Shown: positions 29,571 to 37,402 of the stretch, piece by piece
How the letters are laid out: every line of letters begins with the position of its first letter
Position numbering within the stretch: position 1 is the first letter of the stretch
Translations under genes and position numbers: made by a program
Assembly (NCBI GenBank): GCA_964410515.1
Contig: CAYPGW010000003.1
Coordinates: 15,102-79,101 of the forward strand
Direction of reading: 5' to 3'
Source of the DNA: an uncultured Sangeribacter sp.
Lineage (GTDB): Bacteria; Bacteroidota; Bacteroidia; Bacteroidales; Muribaculaceae
DNA: 64,000 nt
Notes under the pieces: generated by a model
The model's input: the letters and a program-made list of their open reading frames with translations, nothing else
Told to the model about the DNA's origin: nothing
Database searches by the model: none

Positions 29571-32450
29571 ATGTCTAAACGAATCTTAACGGCGATTACC
29601 ATTACGATCTTGTCGGCAGCGGCTCTGGCCGCCGCGACAATAAAAGGCAAAATCATCGACAGCCAGGGGCAGCCTCTTATCGGAGCAACAGCCACACTAC
29701 TCTCTCTTCCCGACTCCATTATCAAAGGAGGATCTATGGCAGACGCCGACGGACTCTTTACATTCGGCAAGATAAAGGCCGGCAAATATACGCTGAAAGC
29801 CTCAATGACCGGAATGGACACAGAGACTTACGATTTCCAGATTGCCGACACGACGCGCACTCTGACAATACCCCCCATCAAACTCCACGAGACCTCCACT
29901 CTGCTCAAAGACCTTGTGGTAAAAGGCGTGAAGGCTGCCGTGATAGCAAAGGAAGACACACTCGAATTCAATGCGGATTCATTTCACACTACGGAGAACG
30001 CTGTGGTGGAAGACCTGCTGAAGAAACTTCCCGGTGTAGAGGTGGGCAGCGATGGAAGCATCACATCCAACGGCAAGACTGTATCCAAGATTCTTGTGAA
30101 CGGAAAGGAATTTTTCGGAGATGACCCCCAGATGGCAAGCAAGAACTTCAGCGCAAAAGCCGTGTCGAAAGTGCAGGTCGTGGATCGGAAGAGCGAACAG
30201 GCCCGCCTTACGGGTGTAGACGACGGTGAGGACGAAACCATCATCAATCTTGAAGTGAAGAAAGGTATGGAGGAAAGTTGGTTTGGGACAGTCCGTGGAG
30301 GATACGGCACCGACAACCGATATGCGGGAAATCTCTCAATAACCAGGATGGCCGACGGCAACCGCTTCACAATTATAGGTCTTGCAAACAACACCAACGA
30401 GCGCGGCGGAGGCGACATGCGCGGTGGCAATTTCAGCATGGGAGGCGGAATGGGAGGCATCACAACTTCGCAGATGCTCGCACTTGACTTCGCGGCAGGC
30501 GATGAAAATAAATTTGCCATAGGCGGCAATGTAAGATACATGCACAACTCCCAGGACGTGGAAAACAGCAGCGAGACCATGAACCTCCTGCCCGACTCAG
30601 TGAGTTATCAGTCTTCCAAATCAAACTCCAACAACGGAAGCCACAGCGTGGGAGGTGGCCTTCGCATGAAATGGGAGATTGACGAAAACAACACTTTCGA
30701 TTTCAGACCATCGTTCAGATTCAGCACCAACGATGCTTTCTCGTCTTCAACTTCACAGCTTTTTGCGGGTGATGCCAATCGCACGCCTGTCAACAGCCAG
30801 CAAAACGACCGCTCCAACCATGGAAAATCATGGAGCATCACCGGCGATGTGACGTTCGTGCATCGATTCCCTCAGAAAAAAGGACGCTCTTTAAGCATCA
30901 GGGCAGAATACTCCTTCACCAATACCAAACAACACGGCACCTCCCTGTCTGAAATAGAACGCTATCTGATAGAGAACGAAGACAAAGATGAAGACCTCTT
31001 CCGCTTCACCGACAACAAGACCTGGAACAACAACGTAAGCGCGCGAGTGACATGGACTGAGCCAATAGGTCGTCCCGGAAACTTCCTGGAATTTGCCTAT
31101 CGCATCAACTCGCGCAGAAACAACGCCGACAAATATGTCTTTAATCTTCCCGACTATCTTATAGACCCGTCTTCGCCGGCATTCATAATGCCCGACTATG
31201 ACATCCTTCCCGTTGCCGGCCTGGAATATGACCCGTTGCTGTCAAACAGTTTCCGCAACGATTTCCTAACTCAAAGCATTCGTCTCGGCTACCGGAAGAC
31301 CACTAAAGAGATGAACCTCAATGCCGGCATTGAATTAGTTCCCTCAAGCAGCAAAAGCACCGACCTGATCATGTCGGAACGCAACATTCCAAGACGTAAT
31401 GTGCTCAACGTCGCCCCGTTCTTCCGCTTCCGCTACAAATTCACCAAAACCAGGTCGATGAATATCTTCTACAATGCCCGTTCATCAGAACCCTCCATAT
31501 CACTTCTTCAACCCGTGAAGGACGTTTCAGACCCCATGAACATCACCATAGGTAATCCCGACCTGAAACCGACTTTCACCCAAAGACTGAATGCCGTAAT
31601 CAGAGACTTCGACATGGAAAACCAGCGATCCTTATTCGCCATGCTTATGGGATCATATACAGTCAATAATGTGGTGAACGTGACCACCACCGATCCGATG
31701 ACAGGAGCAAGGACTACAACCTACACCAACACATCGGGAGACCTCGACCTGAATCTGAGGGGAATGTATAATCAACCTTTCCGCAACCGCAACTGGCGTG
31801 TTTTCTGCAATCTCGAAGCTGGCTATCAGTCTCTTGCAAGTTATATAAACGGAGAATATAACAGAAGCGGCAAATACGCTCTCGCTCCGAGAGCCGGCAT
31901 CACATTCTCAACCGAGGTGGTGCAGATATCTGCCAACCCTACTTATTCATGGTCTTTAGCCACCAACACCCTCGCCAACCAGAAGAACCGCACCAATTCA
32001 AGCTATGGCTTCGATACGGATTTCACCCTTACACTCCCCTTCGGGCTGGAGATGGGCACCAACCTCCATTATTCCAAGACCAATGGCCTCTCAGCCGGAT
32101 ATGACTCATCTTCCTGGATATGGAACGCCAATATACTCTATACCATACCTGGCACTTACGGCCTGAACATCTTTGCCGAAGCCCACGACCTTCTGGCCGA
32201 CACAAAAAATATATCACGCCGAGTATCGGCGGCCGCCATTGTCGACAGCAGATATAATAATCTTTCTCGCTATTTCATCTTCGGCCTGAGCTGGCGCTTC
32301 AACTCGGCCACGATGAAGAAGAAAAAGGATGTATCGCCCGAAGGTGATATGCCCATGCCGGGCCCGGGTATGATGGGCCCCGGCGGCCAACGCCCGTCAG
32401 GGCCTCCTCCGGGCGGCTTCGGTGGTTTCGGAGGTGGCAGACCTTTCTAA
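29571..32450 (+). CDS. Outer-membrane beta-barrel / TonB-receptor-like protein
   Basis: Signal peptide, CarboxypepD_reg-like N domain, EDLLKKLPGVEV, VNGKEFFGDDP, barrel end LSWRFN then Gly/Pro-rich tail. Confidence 0.85.
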   Translation: MSKRILTAITITILSAAALAAATIKGKIIDSQGQPLIGATATLLSLPDSIIKGGSMADADGLFTFGKIKAGKYTLKASMTGMDTETYDFQIADTTRTLTIPPIKLHETSTLLKDLVVKGVKAAVIAKEDTLEFNADSFHTTENAVVEDLLKKLPGVEVGSDGSITSNGKTVSKILVNGKEFFGDDPQMASKNFSAKAVSKVQVVDRKSEQARLTGVDDGEDETIINLEVKKGMEESWFGTVRGGYGTDNRYAGNLSITRMADGNRFTIIGLANNTNERGGGDMRGGNFSMGGGMGGITTSQMLALDFAAGDENKFAIGGNVRYMHNSQDVENSSETMNLLPDSVSYQSSKSNSNNGSHSVGGGLRMKWEIDENNTFDFRPSFRFSTNDAFSSSTSQLFAGDANRTPVNSQQNDRSNHGKSWSITGDVTFVHRFPQKKGRSLSIRAEYSFTNTKQHGTSLSEIERYLIENEDKDEDLFRFTDNKTWNNNVSARVTWTEPIGRPGNFLEFAYRINSRRNNADKYVFNLPDYLIDPSSPAFIMPDYDILPVAGLEYDPLLSNSFRNDFLTQSIRLGYRKTTKEMNLNAGIELVPSSSKSTDLIMSERNIPRRNVLNVAPFFRFRYKFTKTRSMNIFYNARSSEPSISLLQPVKDVSDPMNITIGNPDLKPTFTQRLNAVIRDFDMENQRSLFAMLMGSYTVNNVVNVTTTDPMTGARTTTYTNTSGDLDLNLRGMYNQPFRNRNWRVFCNLEAGYQSLASYINGEYNRSGKYALAPRAGITFSTEVVQISANPTYSWSLATNTLANQKNRTNSSYGFDTDFTLTLPFGLEMGTNLHYSKTNGLSAGYDSSSWIWNANILYTIPGTYGLNIFAEAHDLLADTKNISRRVSAAAIVDSRYNNLSRYFIFGLSWRFNSATMKKKKDVSPEGDMPMPGPGMMGPGGQRPSGPPPGGFGGFGGGRPF

Positions 32451-32465
32451 GATAATATAAACTCA

Positions 32466-33638
32466 ATGAGATTCATGCAAACTATTCCATTCATAAAGAC
32501 AATCATTAGTTTTTCCACGGCAGTCGTAGCGATTACGCCTGCCGTGTCCTTCTCCCAGACCCCGGGACATGAATTCCGGCGCGACATGCCGGTCTTTCTC
32601 GACAGCCTGAAATCGGAACTCACCTACCCTCTCGCATGGGGCAACAGCGATATAACCGATTTCACAGAGTGGAAAGATTACACACTCAATCGGCTCTTTG
32701 AAGAAATGCTTCCCCCTCCACCCAAGGCTGAAGCACCAGACATGAAGATTCTCGAGAGCGAACGCCGCGACGGATACACAGCCTATAAAATTGAATTCAA
32801 CCTTACACGATATTCACGTGTGAAGGCATATCTACTCATACCCGACGGAGAGGGGCCTCACCCCGGAGTGATAGCCCTTCACGACCACGGAGCGCACTTC
32901 ACTATCGGCAAGGAAAAGATGGTGCGACCGTTTGGAGTGGATCAATCTATACTGGACGATGCTGACGCCTGGGCCGACAACCTATATGAAGGCCAGTATG
33001 TAGGCGATTTCCTTGCAAAAAACGGTTATGCCGTCCTCAGCACCGATGCCCTCATGTGGGGCGAACGTGGATGTGCCGAAGGAAGCGACAACACTCACCT
33101 CGCATCGGTAGCAGGCAATATGCTGCAGCTTGGACGCAACTTATCTTCATGGATGACCTACGAAGACTCCTACGCCACCGAGTTTTTCGCGTCGCTGCCA
33201 GAAGTGGATGCTGAACGCATCGGATGCACCGGTGTCTCTATGGGAGGCTACCGCGCATGGATGCTCGCGGCGGTTTCGCCACTCATAAAGGCAACCGTTG
33301 GAGTATGCTGGATGACTACCACCGACGCCATGATGCACTGGGAACTTGGTCGACATGAAAGAGGTGGATATGCCAACAATCTTGGAGGCGTACGCAACCT
33401 TCTCGACTATCCACACATAGCCACCCTCGCCTGCCCCAACGCCATGATGCTCATCAACGGAGAAACCGACAAGCTCTTCAAGCCTGTTGCCGTGAAGGAA
33501 TGTTACCGCATCATGCGCGACGTATGGCACTCTCAGAATGCCGACGATAAACTTGAGACCCATCTGCTGCCGATGGGACATGAAATGCCGAAGCACGTGC
33601 AAGACCTGACTCTCAACTTTTTACGCAAACACTTATGA
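32466..33638 (+). CDS. Exported alpha/beta hydrolase (dienelactone hydrolase / abhydrolase_7-like)
   Basis: ALHDHG, GVSMGG nucleophile elbow, GETD, GHE. Confidence 0.85.
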   Translation: MRFMQTIPFIKTIISFSTAVVAITPAVSFSQTPGHEFRRDMPVFLDSLKSELTYPLAWGNSDITDFTEWKDYTLNRLFEEMLPPPPKAEAPDMKILESERRDGYTAYKIEFNLTRYSRVKAYLLIPDGEGPHPGVIALHDHGAHFTIGKEKMVRPFGVDQSILDDADAWADNLYEGQYVGDFLAKNGYAVLSTDALMWGERGCAEGSDNTHLASVAGNMLQLGRNLSSWMTYEDSYATEFFASLPEVDAERIGCTGVSMGGYRAWMLAAVSPLIKATVGVCWMTTTDAMMHWELGRHERGGYANNLGGVRNLLDYPHIATLACPNAMMLINGETDKLFKPVAVKECYRIMRDVWHSQNADDKLETHLLPMGHEMPKHVQDLTLNFLRKHL

Positions 33639-33664
33639 TTTTTTTGAAAAAAAGTCTGTGAAAA

Positions 33665-33696
33665 TTTGGTGGGCTCGGAAAAAAATTGTAATTTTG
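33665..33696 (+). promoter_or_regulatory. Promoter of tRNA-His
   Basis: TTTG (33665-33668) - 20 nt - TAATTTTG (33689-33696). Confidence 0.75.
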
Positions 33697-33756
33697 CATT
33701 GCTTTTCGGGAGAAACCTTGCGAAGCCTTTAGTGGAATCTTCCGGTAAAGCAACAT

Positions 33757-33831
33757 GGTGGATGTAGCTCAGTTGGTTAGAGCGACGGATTGTGGTTCCG
33801 TAGGTCGTGGGTTCGAGCCCCATCTTCCACC
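33757..33831 (+). tRNA. tRNA-His (GUG)
   Basis: Cloverleaf with encoded G-1, D arm AGCTCAGTTGGTTAGAGC, anticodon stem ACGGA-TTGTGGT-TCCGT, T loop GGTTCGAG, C discriminator; CCA not encoded. Confidence 0.97.
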
Positions 33832-33839
33832 CGCCTTCA

Positions 33840-33878
33840 GAGACTCGGCAGCGGCTCCACGCTCCGGGTCTCATTTTT
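33840..33878 (+). terminator. Terminator after tRNA-His
   Basis: GAGACTCGG..AGCG-gctcca-CGCT.CCGGGTCTC followed by ATTTTT. Confidence 0.75.
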
Positions 33879-33986
33879 CATAGATACGAGTTTTATTGGC
33901 TAAATGTCCTGACTGATAGGAGAGTCAGACTAATTAACCCAATAGACCTTTCTTTAATGATTTTACCTCTTCAACTCTTATACAAT

Positions 33987-34409
33987 ATGAACTACTACAT
34001 CTATATCAACGGAACTTCCGTAGGCCCTATGAACGAGCACCAGCTCTTCGCATACAACATCGACCAAAACACAAGCGTCAGCACCGACGGCATCAATTGG
34101 CGACCACTATATACATACCCTGAACTCATGATGGCCCTACGTCAGCGTGGCGGCAGCTACGCCGACAATGAACTGGCCAACAAGAAACTGATATGTGGAC
34201 TCCTTGCCATCTTCCTGGGCACCATCGGCGTGCAGTATTTCGTGCTTGGCAAGACCGCCGGCGGAATCTACACCATTCTCCTTTCCTGCGTCACATGCGG
34301 ACTCTGGGGCACCGTCATGCTAATTCAAGGCATACTCATGCTCTGCATGAGCGAAAAAGAATTCAAGATGAAATACATCGATAACCCCGCAACCATGCCC
34401 CTCTTTTAG
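33987..34409 (+). CDS. TM2-domain membrane protein with GYF_2-like N domain
   Basis: YYIYINGTSVGPM...W N domain; KKLICGLLAIFLGTIGVQYFVLG TM2 signature; start moved to ATG 33987. Confidence 0.85.
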   Translation: MNYYIYINGTSVGPMNEHQLFAYNIDQNTSVSTDGINWRPLYTYPELMMALRQRGGSYADNELANKKLICGLLAIFLGTIGVQYFVLGKTAGGIYTILLSCVTCGLWGTVMLIQGILMLCMSEKEFKMKYIDNPATMPLF

Positions 34410-34441
34410 ACAAAAGCAAAGAATACACTATTTTTTAGTCC

Positions 34442-34701
34442 TATCTGCACACACAAATATATCTGCACAAAATCGCCTTATCTGCACATATATTACTTTA
34501 TCTGCACATATATTACTTTATCTGCACAAATTTCATTTATCTGCACAAATATTACTTTATCTGCACAAATAATGCGTTTTTATTTTGCAGATTCAATTAT
34601 TTTATATAACTTTGCATTAAATATCTTCACAGCGCAGATAATTTATCTTCACAGATATCTACACACAATAAAAATTATCTGCACAGACAGATATCTGCAC
34701 A
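34442..34701 (+). repeat. Array of TATCT(G/T/A)CACA boxes flanking a promoter
   Basis: Exact TATCTGCACA at 34442, 34460, 34479, 34499, 34519, 34538, 34558, 34676, 34692; variants at 34622, 34644 (TATCTTCACA) and 34656 (TATCTACACA); partial inverted copy at 34632-34640. Confidence 0.95.
34584..34614 (+). promoter_or_regulatory. Canonical Bacteroidetes promoter embedded in the repeat array
   Basis: TTTG (34584-34587) - 19 nt - TAACTTTG (34607-34614). Confidence 0.8.
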
Positions 34702-34733
34702 ATATATAAACACAAATAAAATTCCACATAACG

Positions 34734-36290
34734 ATGATACAGGCAGCAGATATTATACGACTTATTAAGGAAGGCGAAGGATTTCAACTTGAGATGAAAG
34801 CCTGCAGCACAACTCTGCCGTCAGCCGTATGGGAAACATATTCCGCTTTCGCTAACTCCCGCGGTGGCGTCATACTGCTCGGAGTGACAGAACAAAAAAC
34901 ACCCTCAGTGCCCAAGCGCTTTGAAGTCACAGGAGTGAGTGATGCAAACAAAGTTGTCACCGATTTCTTCAACACGCTCAACAACCCCCAGAAAGTCAGC
35001 TACAACGTTCTGGTGGACAGCGATGTGCGTATCATTGAGGTAAATGGGAAAGATGTCATATATATTTACGTGCCGGAAGCAAATTACCGCAACAAACCCA
35101 TATATGTAAACAACAACATCCAGTCCGGATCATACAAACGACTCTTTGAAGGAGACCGCCATCTGAGCATGACAGAATTGACACTTCTTATCCGTGACAG
35201 TTCTGACGATATTGACTCGCAGATAATCGAGTGTTACGGCATGCAGGATATAGATGCAGAAACACTCAAAAATTACAGACTGTCATTCCTTCACAAAAAT
35301 CCTCATCATGCCTACGAAGAACTTGACGACAAGGAATTTCTCATAAAAATGGGCGGGTATGCAGTCGACAGGAAGAAATCGTTGGAAGGGCTTACCATGG
35401 CCGGACTTCTCATGTTTGGGAAAGGACAATCCATCCATGAAGTATTTCCATCATTCAGGGTAGACTACCTTGACCGGATCGGAATTACGCCCGGAGATGA
35501 CCTAAAATGGAATGACCGCCTGACCGATGACGGACGCTGGGAAGACAACCTCTACAACTTCCTGATCCTCACCCTTCGTAAACTCCTTTTCACCCTCCCA
35601 TCAGAAGGAAGAATCGTAGATGGAAGCCGAAAAGATGGTGGAGCCCTTTACGATGCAGTCAGGGAAGCTATGGTCAATAGCCTTACCTATTGCGACTACA
35701 AATTTGGAGGAGTTCTGCGTATCGACAGAATGACGGATAAAATCGTAATGCGCAACCCCGGAACATTAAGAATTGCCCCCGAACGAATATATGAAGGAGA
35801 CTATACACGCGCACGTAACGCCACAATTCAGAAACTCCTGCGAATGGTAGGTTTCGGCGACAATATCGGCTCCGGATTCCAGAAAATTATGAAGGCTTGG
35901 GATAGCCTGAAATTCGATTCACCCGATATTCATGAAGTGCCTGACGTTACGGAAGTTTGGCTGACCCTACCACTATATAGGAATAAAAAGCAGAAAAGCA
36001 CATATCCCTCTTATTATGACGAAGAAGAGGAGATAACAGTGGCAAGCGATATCGAACCTGCTCCTTATGGAATGCCGAAGAAGGCCGGCACCAATGGCCT
36101 CACTCCAATTCAGGAAATGATACTTGATGAGATAAAATCTGATCCATATATCTCAATTCCGGAGATTGCACTAAAATTAGGTGTAAAAGAAGGATTTGTG
36201 CGCTCACAAAGACGCTCGATGGAGAAGTTTGTGGAATTGAGGCGGGTCGGTTCGAGAAAGACCGGGTTCTGGCAGATAGTCCAGAAATGA
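34734..36290 (+). CDS. Schlafen/AlbA_2 domain - HATPase_c_4 (RecG-C-like) - winged HTH protein
   Basis: EGFQLEMK and SAFANSRGGVILLGVTE (AlbA_2); AVREAMVNSL..DY, RNPG, RNATI, GSG (HATPase_c_4); C-terminal ISIPEIALKLG..RRVGSRKTGFW wHTH. Confidence 0.88.
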   Translation: MIQAADIIRLIKEGEGFQLEMKACSTTLPSAVWETYSAFANSRGGVILLGVTEQKTPSVPKRFEVTGVSDANKVVTDFFNTLNNPQKVSYNVLVDSDVRIIEVNGKDVIYIYVPEANYRNKPIYVNNNIQSGSYKRLFEGDRHLSMTELTLLIRDSSDDIDSQIIECYGMQDIDAETLKNYRLSFLHKNPHHAYEELDDKEFLIKMGGYAVDRKKSLEGLTMAGLLMFGKGQSIHEVFPSFRVDYLDRIGITPGDDLKWNDRLTDDGRWEDNLYNFLILTLRKLLFTLPSEGRIVDGSRKDGGALYDAVREAMVNSLTYCDYKFGGVLRIDRMTDKIVMRNPGTLRIAPERIYEGDYTRARNATIQKLLRMVGFGDNIGSGFQKIMKAWDSLKFDSPDIHEVPDVTEVWLTLPLYRNKKQKSTYPSYYDEEEEITVASDIEPAPYGMPKKAGTNGLTPIQEMILDEIKSDPYISIPEIALKLGVKEGFVRSQRRSMEKFVELRRVGSRKTGFWQIVQK

Positions 36291-36302
36291 TAGACTTTTA
36301 GA

Positions 36303-36355
36303 CAGAAATACAGAATACACATAAGAAAATTGCATGTATATTCTGTACTTTTCTG
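36303..36355. terminator. Imperfect hairpin between convergent genes
   Basis: TACAGAATACACAT ... ATGTATATTCTGTA, extended by CAGAA/TTCTG. Confidence 0.55.
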
Positions 36356-36367
36356 CATTATATTGGC

Positions 36368-36748
36368 TCAGAGTTTGGAGAGGAAGCGTTCCCTATCTAC
36401 AACGTAGCGGATATGGTGCCCCTCGCCGAGTTTAATGCCGCCACAGTAAGCCGCAATGTCGAAATGCAGCGACCGTCCTTCTATCCTCTTCAGGATGGCC
36501 TCAGCCTCAACTTCATCGCCCATAGCAGTTGGCTTCAGATGCGAACACTCGATGAATCCGCCCACAGTGGTCTCATTCTCGCCAAGATAAGGTGCCACTG
36601 CAAGCATCGAGGCATTCTCCATAAGCGCAATCATCGCCGGAGTAGCAAGCACCGGAAGATCCCCGCTTCCGATGGCCTTAGCCGTGAGATGTTGCACCAC
36701 AATGGTCTTGCTGCGATATCTGAGTCCTTCTTTCAAATCATTATCCAT
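36368..36748 (-). CDS. Hot-dog-fold thioesterase (FlK-like)
   Basis: GSGDLPVLATPAMIALME, TVG, HLKPT, GHHIR; start moved to ATG 36748. Confidence 0.85.
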   Translation of the reverse strand: MDNDLKEGLRYRSKTIVVQHLTAKAIGSGDLPVLATPAMIALMENASMLAVAPYLGENETTVGGFIECSHLKPTAMGDEVEAEAILKRIEGRSLHFDIAAYCGGIKLGEGHHIRYVVDRERFLSKL

Positions 36749-36830
36749 AGTCGACTTTATAATATCGACGCGGAAACGGACTCGCAATTCAATGTGCATC
36801 CGCTACCGCGTCGATTCATTTTTTAGATTA

Positions 36831-37343
36831 TCACTTTAAGAGATATTTCAGGATATTGAAGAATTCGGGATTCTCCCCAACCGTCACGTTGGCCACCTTA
36901 CCTTCAGGATCAATTATGAACTTTGTCGGGAAACCCTGTATTCCATATCGGTCGGTGAGGTCAGATGTCCGGGGATTATAGACCTGCAACCATGGAAGTT
37001 CGTATTTTTCCACAGAGGCCTTCCAAACTTCTTTAGAATCACCGCAGTCGATACCTACAATCTCCAATTTTCCTTCATATTCCTTATAGGCTTCCTTCAG
37101 TGCAGGAAAACCCTTGATGCACCAGGGACACCAGGAGCCCCAGAAATCAAGAATTACCCACTTACCCTTCAGATCGGAAAGCGAGAAATTTTTGCCGTTG
37201 ATATCTTCAAGCGTAAACTCCGGAGCAGCTACCCTTTCAGTTGTAGTCTCCGACAATGCAGTCTGCTTTTCCGACTGATTACCGGCTTTCGCTCCACACG
37301 CCGAGAGAAGAAGCACCAGCAAAGAAAATACTATCTTTTTCAT
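36831..37343 (-). CDS. TlpA/ResA-like thiol-disulfide oxidoreductase lipoprotein
   Basis: LSAC lipobox; DFWGSWCPWC; GFPTKFIID. Confidence 0.9.
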   Translation of the reverse strand: MKKIVFSLLVLLLSACGAKAGNQSEKQTALSETTTERVAAPEFTLEDINGKNFSLSDLKGKWVILDFWGSWCPWCIKGFPALKEAYKEYEGKLEIVGIDCGDSKEVWKASVEKYELPWLQVYNPRTSDLTDRYGIQGFPTKFIIDPEGKVANVTVGENPEFFNILKYLLK

Positions 37344-37402
37344 AATAATGTGCCGTTTACTTGTTTGACGTTGCTTTAACATAACTAAAACAAGCATCCG
37401 TC

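Larger units (their letters stand above)
34403..36320. mobile_element. Putative inserted cassette bounded by imperfect 26-bp direct repeats
   Basis: CTTTTAGACAAAAGCAAAGAATACAC (34403-34428) versus CTTTTAGACAGAAATACAGAATACAC (36295-36320), 22/26 identical; interior visibly AT-richer; no integrase or transposase inside. Confidence 0.55.

Noticed and set aside
33807-33986. N-terminal extension of the TM2 ORF in the ORF track
   Set aside because: It overlaps the tRNA and its terminator; ATG 33987 fits the domain start
34442-34567. CRISPR array interpretation of the repeats
   Set aside because: Repeats are 10 bp and linkers 8-10 bp, some identical; both are far below CRISPR sizes and no cas genes are present
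34442-34701. oriC / DnaA-box cluster
   Set aside because: TTATCTGCACA resembles TTATCCACA but is two bases longer, and the best 9-mer has two mismatches to TTWTNCACA; the boxes are almost all in one orientation inside an apparently inserted cassette. A GC-skew check would settle it
33757-36360. Integrative element using tRNA-His as attB
   Set aside because: No duplicated tRNA 3' end was seen downstream and there is no integrase; the direct repeats found map to the TM2 stop instead
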